Below, piece by piece: positions 48,831-57,171 of a stretch of DNA of 64,000 bases. Made by a program: the position numbers and the translations under genes. Position 1 is the stretch's first letter; the number at the start of each line of letters is the position of its first letter. This DNA is from Spirochaetia bacterium (GTDB lineage Bacteria; Spirochaetota; Spirochaetia; UBA9216): NCBI GenBank assembly GCA_963677925.2, contig CAXXYH010000003.1, positions 736,001 through 800,000 of the forward strand, read 5' to 3'. The notes under the pieces were generated by a model that did not search any database, had not been told where the DNA came from, and worked only from the letters and a program-made list of their open reading frames with translations.

Positions 48831-49766
48831 TCATGTTTTATAATGAGCAAGTTCCTCATCCACAATTTCCCGTAAACGTCCTCGGACCATTACCTGAGGG
48901 ATAAATTTACCTCCGGGTGTACAGGTCTCAAGCCAGCCCCTAATATGCTCACGCACTTCATCTTCGGTGGATACAGGCGAATTGACAAGCTGGGTATCTA
49001 CCCCGCCCCTTATTATAAGCCTGCTACCGAATTCTTTTTTCACCTCGGCAACATTATTCATGGGAGCCTGAAGAGGATGAATACTGTCGCTCCCCAGCTC
49101 TACAAGATCTCCGATTATCGGCTGAACCATTCCGCATGAATGCTGTTCATAAAACATTCCCAGCTCATGCGTCCTGATGATAACTTTCTCAACTTCCGGT
49201 TTTATAAATTCTCTCCATAGATCAGGAGAAAAGAACATGTTTGTATTATTTCCCCAGTCATCATGAACCCCGACAAGATCAGGATTATAGTACTTTTTCA
49301 TGCATTCAAGATACTTCAGTTTATGCTCAGTGAGTGCATTGAAGAACTCTTTCAGAGCCTCAGGTTCAAGATAAAACGCCATGCAGGCATTCTCAAACCC
49401 CATCAGGGCATGAAGCCTTTCAAAGTGTCCGTTAAAAACAATAGCGGATAAAAACTGATTATCAGGGTCAAAATCCTTTAACTGCATTCTGGCATCAGAT
49501 TCCCAGTCAAAGGTATCCAGATCAGGAAACTTGACAACCTCACGCCATTCAGTAATATTCTCAAGTATGTGCCTTCCGGGAGTAGGGGTCTGATCCATAA
49601 AATCAAAATATGTCCAGTGAACACCAAAGAAATCCAGACCGCCTTCAGGCTCTCTGCAGCGCTCTCCGGGTCCGATAACCGGATATTCATCACGTAAACC
49701 GGGAAGAAACAAAGTTTCTTTCCCGGAATACATATTCAATAAATTTTCTCTGCCGTTCATAGACAT
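48831..49766 (-). CDS. Uroporphyrinogen-decarboxylase/MtaA-fold protein
   Basis: D.FGV.W, FERLHALMGFE, DDWG, HSCG, GG.D. Confidence 0.85.
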   Translation of the reverse strand: MSMNGRENLLNMYSGKETLFLPGLRDEYPVIGPGERCREPEGGLDFFGVHWTYFDFMDQTPTPGRHILENITEWREVVKFPDLDTFDWESDARMQLKDFDPDNQFLSAIVFNGHFERLHALMGFENACMAFYLEPEALKEFFNALTEHKLKYLECMKKYYNPDLVGVHDDWGNNTNMFFSPDLWREFIKPEVEKVIIRTHELGMFYEQHSCGMVQPIIGDLVELGSDSIHPLQAPMNNVAEVKKEFGSRLIIRGGVDTQLVNSPVSTEDEVREHIRGWLETCTPGGKFIPQVMVRGRLREIVDEELAHYKT

Positions 49767-50488
49767 TAAACCGGAAGTCTGTCATCAGACCAGGAAGCAT
49801 AAGGCTGCGGAGTTCTTGGTGCGCATTCGACAAAGGTATCAGGGCTGTAAGGATGAAAATATGTTGTTGGAAATACGTTGTCAGGATCGCCGCCGTACTC
49901 AAGAATTCTTTCTTTTGGTATAGCTTTACTGACATTATTCTGATCATATTCTGTCCATGGAGTATCAAAGGGGCATCTGAAAAGCCTGTACCAGTGATAA
50001 TGCCAGATTTTCCAGGAACCGTCCTCCATTTTTATAAAGTCAGCGGCAATTCGTCCCCATGCCCATTCGGCCTGATGTTTCTGCTTTTCTTCATTCCAGA
50101 AAGTTTCATGTCCCGGAGAAGTCCATACACCCCTTGCTGTTTTTCCATCGTCAGCAACAACAATCTGAGGTGATGCAAGGTCATGCTCAAACATCCATCC
50201 GGTATGAGATTTCATACCGACCTTTTCTTTGAAGAAAAACTGTATATTCTTAAATCCCTTGAGCAGACCGAAGTTCGCTACCTCATATGTTGAATCGTCT
50301 CTATCGGCAAAATAAATCCACTGATTAAAGTGGTTAATCGGCTCATTCGGATTAGCCACATGCGTATTCATATATTCACCAAGAACACGTTGAATTTCAT
50401 TTATTGCCTCAACTCTTTCAACCCGCAGTGTCATTTTTTCATGCTCATCTTTTAACTTCTTAATTTCTTCAAGTAATTCTTTTTCCAT
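49766..50488 (-). CDS. SnoaL/NTF2-like protein (scytalone-dehydratase/BaiE/LinA-like fold)
   Basis: H....P.I.VA.DG.TARG.W and DF....G.WKIWH motifs; stop overlaps the next ATG. Confidence 0.8.
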   Translation of the reverse strand: MEKELLEEIKKLKDEHEKMTLRVERVEAINEIQRVLGEYMNTHVANPNEPINHFNQWIYFADRDDSTYEVANFGLLKGFKNIQFFFKEKVGMKSHTGWMFEHDLASPQIVVADDGKTARGVWTSPGHETFWNEEKQKHQAEWAWGRIAADFIKMEDGSWKIWHYHWYRLFRCPFDTPWTEYDQNNVSKAIPKERILEYGGDPDNVFPTTYFHPYSPDTFVECAPRTPQPYASWSDDRLPV

Positions 50489-50558
50489 ATAACTCTTCCT
50501 TTGTTCTATTGATGACTACTTTTTGTGATTGGATTTAAAACCCCCTGAGGTGACAAGT

Positions 50559-50590
50559 AAAACGGCTGCCTTCTTACCGGCAGCCGTTTT
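50559..50590 (-). terminator. Hairpin between dctM and the SnoaL gene
   Basis: AAAACGGCTGCC/GGCAGCCGTTTT perfect stem. Confidence 0.7.
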
Positions 50591-50599
50591 TTATAATAA

Positions 50600-51907
50600 T
50601 TATTTTGAAAACATCGTGTTCGGAAGGAACAGTGAAATTTGAGGGATATGAACAATAAGAATGAGTGTTATCATTATTGTCACCATGTACGGCAGTACAC
50701 CCTTTATAACTTCCGATGAGGGGACTTCCGGAACCCTGTTCTTAATAATGAACAGGTTAATTCCAACCGGAGGAGTAATTGCGCCCATTGCTACAGTAAA
50801 TGCAACAACGATACCGAACCAGACCAGATCAAATCCAAGAGCTTTTACAGTAGGTGCAAGAAGTCCGACTGTGAGCATCATAACCGGTGGAGTATCGAGT
50901 ATACATCCTAGAATAAGATACAGAATAACTATGCACCATACGATCATCATTGGTGGCAGCGGCAGACCTGACACCCATTGAGCCATTCCCCTTGGAAGAC
51001 CGGACATAGCCATAAAGATATTATATATCTGTATTCCGACAAACATAAAAAACATTGAGCCGCCTGTTTCAGCCACACTCTTTACAGTCGAAAGCATTGT
51101 CTTTATATTCAATTCTTTTCTAGAGAAGGCTATAAGCAGTGCACCGATTGCACCTATACCTGCTGCCTCATTAACAGTACAAATACCGCCCCATATTCCG
51201 CCCATTACGATCACTATAAGAATCAGAATGGACCATATGTTTTTAAGACTTTTAACCTTCTCAATAAACGTATATTTTTCTGTCTTAGGTGCACTCTCCG
51301 GATTCATCTTCGCAAGCAGCATAGTTGTAATTGACAATGCTATAATCAGCAGAACTCCGGGAATCCATCCGGCCATAAACAGCCGTCCGATTGACTCCTC
51401 AGCAAGAATACCATATATAATCAGAGGAACACTCGGTGGAATCAGGATAGCAAGAGGCCCAGCGGCAGCAATACTTCCGAGGCCGAGCTTGGGGCTGTAG
51501 CCGTAGCGTTTCATCTCAGGCCACGCAACCTGCGTCATTACCATGGCAGTAGCCGATCCGGAACCGCAGACAGCACCGAAGATTCCGCTTGCCACAGTAC
51601 TTGTAACAGCAAGACCGCCCGGCATATGTCCGAACATCTTTCTCGCCGAACCGTATGCATCGGTCGTTAAACCGCCTTTCGAAGCGAAATCTCCCATAAG
51701 CATAAACAGCGGCATTACACAGAATGTATAAGATGCAGCTGTTGTAAACGGCACAGAAGACAGATAGCTCATTGCTCCGCCTATCCCCATAATCATCACA
51801 ATACCTGAAATACCGGCTAAAGCAAAAGTAAAAGCCAGCGGCATTCCCAGAAACAGGAGAACAAGAAGTAGACCGGTGTTAAGTAAACCTATTGTCATTG
51901 GATTCAT
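50600..51907 (-). CDS. dctM: TRAP transporter large permease
   Basis: MPLF.LMG, FGAVCGS, LIPPS, TPPVG.N. Confidence 0.92.
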   Translation of the reverse strand: MNPMTIGLLNTGLLLVLLFLGMPLAFTFALAGISGIVMIMGIGGAMSYLSSVPFTTAASYTFCVMPLFMLMGDFASKGGLTTDAYGSARKMFGHMPGGLAVTSTVASGIFGAVCGSGSATAMVMTQVAWPEMKRYGYSPKLGLGSIAAAGPLAILIPPSVPLIIYGILAEESIGRLFMAGWIPGVLLIIALSITTMLLAKMNPESAPKTEKYTFIEKVKSLKNIWSILILIVIVMGGIWGGICTVNEAAGIGAIGALLIAFSRKELNIKTMLSTVKSVAETGGSMFFMFVGIQIYNIFMAMSGLPRGMAQWVSGLPLPPMMIVWCIVILYLILGCILDTPPVMMLTVGLLAPTVKALGFDLVWFGIVVAFTVAMGAITPPVGINLFIIKNRVPEVPSSEVIKGVLPYMVTIMITLILIVHIPQISLFLPNTMFSK

Positions 51908-51910
51908 GTC

Positions 51911-52456
51911 TTACCTCACCCCTTCCTTTGCTGTTTTACTGCTGCGGAATTCTGTTACTGCTTCGTTGAATCTTGAAATACCATCTATAAAAAACTCAAG
52001 ACTAGCCAGATAACATCCTATGGCGGCAATAATATAAAACGGTGCAAGCTGAATCCCGAGGGTTCCGGTTGCAACATTAGTCTTGGACATGATTGCCATT
52101 CCTTTAACAGTAAGTCTTACAGCAATCGGTGCTGAGACAAAAATACATAAAAGGCTGGTCAATCCATTTATAGTAGACTGCACCGGCATCGAAAAATTAA
52201 TCAGCAGTGCATCTACTGTTATGTGTTTGCGCAGATGAGTTGCATATGCCAGACCATAATAAACAACGATAACCATCATCAGTTCTACAATTTCCTGTGT
52301 ACCCTTAATCGGTTTATTGAAAACATATCTTCCAAAAACATCAAAAAAGGTTAATAAAGCCATTGCGAATAAAGATATACCGGAAATCCATGCAAAGACG
52401 TTACTGATCCGGTGAATAATATGCGCGATCTTCCTGCATATTTCTTTTAATTGCAT
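51911..52456 (-). CDS. dctQ: TRAP transporter small permease
   Basis: DVFGRY.FN.PI.G..E and HITVD motifs. Confidence 0.9.
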   Translation of the reverse strand: MQLKEICRKIAHIIHRISNVFAWISGISLFAMALLTFFDVFGRYVFNKPIKGTQEIVELMMVIVVYYGLAYATHLRKHITVDALLINFSMPVQSTINGLTSLLCIFVSAPIAVRLTVKGMAIMSKTNVATGTLGIQLAPFYIIAAIGCYLASLEFFIDGISRFNEAVTEFRSSKTAKEGVR

Positions 52457-52547
52457 GATACCTACTCCTAAGTAAATAAGAAAATTTTCAGGATTACTAC
52501 CCTCAGGTATCCTTAGTAATCAACCGTTTTTTAAATGTTGAAATCAA

Positions 52548-52576
52548 AGCATCATCCGTCCATGACGGATGATGCT
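52548..52576 (-). terminator. Stem-loop after dctP (stabiliser or partial terminator)
   Basis: AGCATCATCCGTC-CAT-GACGGATGATGCT perfect stem. Confidence 0.65.
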
Positions 52577-52585
52577 GTTTAAGAA

Positions 52586-53647
52586 TTATTTAAGATGTGC
52601 TTCACATCTGGCAACAACTTCCATAGCAGTATCTACAATTGCTTTTCCGTCGTAGCCGAGTTCAGTTACTGTATTGATATATTCATCCACAAGATAGGCT
52701 GTTTTCTCTTTAACCTTTGCCTGCTCTACAGCACTCAGGTTATAAGGTTCCATTCCGCCTTTTGCCATGCTTTCCATAGCGCTTCGTTCTTCCCAGTCTA
52801 CGATTCTCATATATTCATAGTAGGCTTTCTGTGATACTTCCATCATCTTAACCTGAAGATCTGCAGGAAGTTCATTCCATTTATCCATGTTAACCACTAC
52901 GTAGTTAAGACCTGTTGCGATAGGCATCGTACAGAGATATTTACTCGGCTCAAAGAACTTGAAAGCTCTCATTGCACCCGGACTGGATATTGCGCCGTCG
53001 ATAACCTTTCTTTCGAGTGACATATAAACTTCAGTAGTAGTTATAGAAACTGGTGATGCCCCCAGGGCTTCAATAGCAGAAATAATACTTCCTGAATTGG
53101 CTCTTATCTTCATTCCGACAAAATCTTCAACGTTTGTTATTTTTTTATCAACAAGAGCTATCATCTGCATGTCAGTAGGCATGAAGAACATAACTTTAAG
53201 ACCTTCACCTTCAAATTCTGTCAGGTAACCGTCATGATATAGCTTGTATACGACTTCAGCTGCAGTTGTAGGGTTCTGTACCAGAAATGGGATCTGTACA
53301 ATATCACAAACCGGGAATTCTCCCATTGCCTGAGCAACACCCATGTTCAGCATTTCAAGTCCGCCGTCTTTTGCCATACCAACCAGGTCCATCGGACTTC
53401 CCAGTGAATTACCATGGAAAGCAGTAACCTTTATTCTGCCGCCGGTAGCATCAGCTATGTCTGCGAGATAACCATCAAGAAACTTTGCAAGCGGAGTTCC
53501 TTCAGGGTTGGTGGAACTTAATCTCCATTCGTAAACTGTTGTGTCTTCTGCTGCCTGAGCTGAAGCATTTTCTGATTTGCCGCCGCATGAAAAAACCATG
53601 AGTGCCAGCAGCATTAAAGCTGTGATAACGAGAAAATTTCTCTTCAC
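52586..53647 (-). CDS. dctP: TRAP transporter substrate-binding lipoprotein
   Basis: Lipobox-like VFSC; G.KIR, LGASP and EVY..LE...IDG motifs; GTG start. Confidence 0.9.
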   Translation of the reverse strand: MKRNFLVITALMLLALMVFSCGGKSENASAQAAEDTTVYEWRLSSTNPEGTPLAKFLDGYLADIADATGGRIKVTAFHGNSLGSPMDLVGMAKDGGLEMLNMGVAQAMGEFPVCDIVQIPFLVQNPTTAAEVVYKLYHDGYLTEFEGEGLKVMFFMPTDMQMIALVDKKITNVEDFVGMKIRANSGSIISAIEALGASPVSITTTEVYMSLERKVIDGAISSPGAMRAFKFFEPSKYLCTMPIATGLNYVVVNMDKWNELPADLQVKMMEVSQKAYYEYMRIVDWEERSAMESMAKGGMEPYNLSAVEQAKVKEKTAYLVDEYINTVTELGYDGKAIVDTAMEVVARCEAHLK

Positions 53648-53697
53648 TTCTTTCCTCCTAAATATTTCCCTAACGATAAGGTTTTCAAGTATAAGTG

Positions 53698-53764
53698 ATT
53701 ATAACTTTCATAAATTTGATTTGTCTAATTCAATTATTGTATGAATATGATAGCCAAAAGTAAT
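53698..53764 (-). promoter_or_regulatory. Promoter of the second TRAP operon with LysR-type motif (copy E)
   Basis: Minus-strand TAGACA-N18-TATAAT with an ATAG-N7-TAAT box. Confidence 0.55.
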
Positions 53765-53865
53765 CAATGTTAAAAATTTCATATTCTTAAAGGCATAAGA
53801 TTGAAAATAAAAACATTTTTTTATCTATTCAATTCTTTATCAGAGAATTACTTAGATTTATTCTG

Positions 53866-53905
53866 GTATAAATTTGAGTGTTGAAAGTACAATAATGTAA
53901 GTTGC
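53866..53905 (+). promoter_or_regulatory. 40-nt shared promoter/operator motif (copy 3), upstream of the MFS operon
   Basis: GTATAAATTTGAGTGTTGAAAGTACAATAATGTAAGTTGC; TACAAT at 53888-53893. Confidence 0.7.
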
Positions 53906-54152
53906 GGCATCATAAATACTCCCCTATAATTTTCTTAACTCAGTTCAAACAATAAGATAATTTCGGTTATCTGTTTTTCTTTTTTTTCGGGAAAATTTAT
54001 CATACGCCAAGACCTTTTCCCGGGTTCAGACATAGGACAGGAGGAGTGTTGCCTACACCTCAGCCTGTTTTAGAAATCTGCGTGCTTTTCCTGGTTCCCG
54101 GAGTTTCCGTACTGAATACAGGGATGCAATATAAAGATTTTAGGGGGAATTT

Positions 54153-55448
54153 ATGTCGATGTTTTCGAACAAGAAGTTTGCCGGGTATGCGGTAGTCTTC
54201 ATGATTCTCGGAGTTCTGTACATGTTTTTCTATTCAGGACTTCAGAATGACCACCTCAACATTCTCACACCGTATCTGGCTGAGACTTATGGATGGTCAA
54301 ACCTGCAGATAACCAATCCGGTTACTATAGCAGGTCTTGTAGTAATTGCACTGTACCTTATCGTTGGGGCAGCCTTCGTTAAATTCGGTGTAAGAATAAT
54401 CATGGTGCCAAGCCTTATTCTGCTTGGTATTTCCTGTATGGGTATTGCTATTGCAGGTGAAAACTACACACTTTATGCAATCAGCCTTTTTCTCGTACGT
54501 GCACTGGTTGTTCCGCTGCAGATGGGCGGATTCATGCTCGCTGCAAACTGGTTTATCAAATACCGCGGACGCGTTCTCGGTATTATCACAGCTGGAAGCC
54601 CGCTTTTCTCAGTTGTAGGTATCAGCGTTCTTACCTTCCTTGCAAACAGCGTAGGTATCAAATCAGGTTATATCGTACTTGGTATCATCATTCTTGTTAT
54701 GGCAGCTGTTACCCAATTCCTTATGAAAGATGCTCCTGAAGATGCAGGACTCTATCCTGACGGTGCAGATTCTGCTCCTAAATCAGAAGCAGACCCTGAA
54801 AAACAGGAATCTATTACTGTAGGAAAGCTCCTCAGTGAAGGCCGTGCATGGCAGCTTATTATCTCATATGGAATTCTCCAGTTCGCAATTATGTGTATGA
54901 TGGCTTTCATGGCTGTGAGATACAACTCTCTTACTCCCGCAGACAACCAGGGACCACCTCTGTTTGTTAAGGCTCTTCCCTACCTCTCAGCAGGTGCTAT
55001 AGCAGGTATTCCGATGAGTTTTGTACTCGGATGGATCGATGACAAACTTGGTTCGGTCAAGGCTTCACTTGTACTGAACATCCTGTTTTTCTTCGCAGTT
55101 ATACCTCTCGCAATAATGCCCGTTGGCGGAAACAAGGCTCTTATGCTGGTTTGGGCTTTCGGAGTTGCATGTATGACAGGCGGTGTTCCTACAATGCATC
55201 CATGTATAACATCATATGCTTACGGCAGACACCTTTATCAGGCTGCAAATAAATGGATTATGACTATTCAGGCTATTCCGATGGCTTTCGCTGTAGCTTT
55301 CATGGCTGCTATGAACGATGCCGGTAAACTTACTATGGCTTACTACATCATAATCGGACTGCTCATAGTATCATTTATTACCATCCTTACAATGATGAAA
55401 ATGCCTGATGCAAATGCAGCTGACAGAGATTACAAGGTTAAAGCATAA
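54153..55448 (+). CDS. MFS transporter
   Basis: About 12 TM helices; NWF.KYRGRVLG and GWIDDKLG motifs. Confidence 0.9.
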   Translation: MSMFSNKKFAGYAVVFMILGVLYMFFYSGLQNDHLNILTPYLAETYGWSNLQITNPVTIAGLVVIALYLIVGAAFVKFGVRIIMVPSLILLGISCMGIAIAGENYTLYAISLFLVRALVVPLQMGGFMLAANWFIKYRGRVLGIITAGSPLFSVVGISVLTFLANSVGIKSGYIVLGIIILVMAAVTQFLMKDAPEDAGLYPDGADSAPKSEADPEKQESITVGKLLSEGRAWQLIISYGILQFAIMCMMAFMAVRYNSLTPADNQGPPLFVKALPYLSAGAIAGIPMSFVLGWIDDKLGSVKASLVLNILFFFAVIPLAIMPVGGNKALMLVWAFGVACMTGGVPTMHPCITSYAYGRHLYQAANKWIMTIQAIPMAFAVAFMAAMNDAGKLTMAYYIIIGLLIVSFITILTMMKMPDANAADRDYKVKA

Positions 55449-55596
55449 TTATTGCAGTCAGTATACGGCTTAACGCTCTATACCATTCTTATTGCAGCTA
55501 AGCCGGCTTAAATAATTCAAATACGTAATTTAAGGACTTGCAGAGTAAAAAAACGATGCAAGTCCTTTTCTATAAATATTTTTAGGAGACTTTATA

Positions 55597-57123
55597 ATGA
55601 GTAAATTAGAAGCAGATGTTGTTGTTATCGGTGCCGGTGCTTCAGGAATTTCTGCAGCAGTAGCTGCAGCTGAAAAAGAAGCCAGCGTTATCGTTATCGA
55701 AAAAGGAAGCACTACCGGTGGTGCTGCAAACATGGGCATGGGCTTTTTTGCCGTTGAATCACATTACGCAAAATCACAGATGATTGATCTCACAGTTGAT
55801 CAGGCATTTGAATTTTTTATGGAGTACACACACTGGCATCCTGATGCTAGACTAATTAGAAGATATATTGCACAGTCTGCCGATACCATCGACTGGGTTG
55901 AAAAGATGGGTGTTGAATTCCTTGGTGTATACAAATATTTCGAGAAATCATTTCCCACATGGCACATAGTAAAGGTTCCCGGAAGCAACAAGCCGACCGA
56001 AAGATCTGCATCAGTTCTTTTCAAAGCTCTTACAGACAGATCCGCCGAGCTTGGTGTTGAAATCATGTTCCAGACTTCTGCAAAAAAGATTAACACAGAT
56101 CCTTCTACAGGAAGAGTGACAGGTGTCGTAATAGCAGATGAAAACGGAAATGAGCAGGTTATCGAATGTGATACTGTAATCACTGCAGCAGGCGGATTCG
56201 GAAACAACCCTGAAATGATCAAGGAAAAATTCGGATACACATGGGGTAAAGACCTCTTCTCATTCAGAATCCCGGGTGATGACGGTGACGGTGTTAACAT
56301 GATGTGGGACATCGGAGCAGCAGAAAGCCAGATGAACATGGAGCTTACCTACACTACTCCCGGTATTACCGATATTTTCAAGACTCTCAGTGAAACTATG
56401 AGAAATCCTAACCTGATGGTTAACCTTGAAGGTAAGAGGTTCATGAACGAAGAGCAGATGCAGAACACCACCTTCACCGGTAACTGTATAACAAGACAGA
56501 CCGACAAAATCGGTTTTACAATCATCTCTGACGAAATCCTTGATGACTACCGCAAAAAAGGCGGTCTCGATTACATCACCTTCCACCACAACATCAAGAA
56601 TGTTGACAAATGGGATAGTGAACTCAAGACTTACAGAGAAGGCGGAGAATCAGAGACAGCAGGTCTTTCAGAACTTCACGGAGATGATGAAACAAGCCAG
56701 ACTGTATTCTGGGAAGCTGATTCTATCGAAGAACTCTGTGAAATGACCGGAATCAACTACAAGAATCTCAGCGCTACAATTGCAGAGTACAATGCATGTG
56801 CAGGAAGCTACGACCATCAGTTCAACAAACACCCCAAACTTATGAGAGCTGTTAAGGGTAAAAAATTCTATGCAGCTGCACACAGACCATGCGGTTACGG
56901 AACTCTCGGCGGTGTTAAGGTTAATGAAAATCTTCAGGTTCTTGATGCAGCAAATAAACCGATTCCCGGACTTTATGCCTCAGGTTTTGACGGGGCTAAC
57001 ATTTTCGGTGACAGCTACTGCTTCCTTATGCCGGGCAATACAATGGGCTGGGCTATCAACTCCGGAAGAATTGCGGGATACAGTGCTGTTGAATATCTTG
57101 ATTCTGATGATTTTGTTGAATAA
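55597..57123 (+). CDS. Cytoplasmic FAD-dependent reductase (flavocytochrome-c/FAD_binding_2 family, not a fumarate reductase)
   Basis: GAGASG, AAGGFG.N, VN.EG.RF.NE, GTLGG, IPGLYA.G; no signal peptide or heme motif. Confidence 0.85.
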   Translation: MSKLEADVVVIGAGASGISAAVAAAEKEASVIVIEKGSTTGGAANMGMGFFAVESHYAKSQMIDLTVDQAFEFFMEYTHWHPDARLIRRYIAQSADTIDWVEKMGVEFLGVYKYFEKSFPTWHIVKVPGSNKPTERSASVLFKALTDRSAELGVEIMFQTSAKKINTDPSTGRVTGVVIADENGNEQVIECDTVITAAGGFGNNPEMIKEKFGYTWGKDLFSFRIPGDDGDGVNMMWDIGAAESQMNMELTYTTPGITDIFKTLSETMRNPNLMVNLEGKRFMNEEQMQNTTFTGNCITRQTDKIGFTIISDEILDDYRKKGGLDYITFHHNIKNVDKWDSELKTYREGGESETAGLSELHGDDETSQTVFWEADSIEELCEMTGINYKNLSATIAEYNACAGSYDHQFNKHPKLMRAVKGKKFYAAAHRPCGYGTLGGVKVNENLQVLDAANKPIPGLYASGFDGANIFGDSYCFLMPGNTMGWAINSGRIAGYSAVEYLDSDDFVE

Positions 57124-57171
57124 TCAAACCGGAATTTAGAGCTATATAATAGAAGATTAAGGAATAAAAAG

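Noticed and set aside
54035-54070. THF or yybP riboswitch resemblance (GGAGTGTTGCC, CAAGACC)
   Set aside because: The other conserved elements of these families are absent
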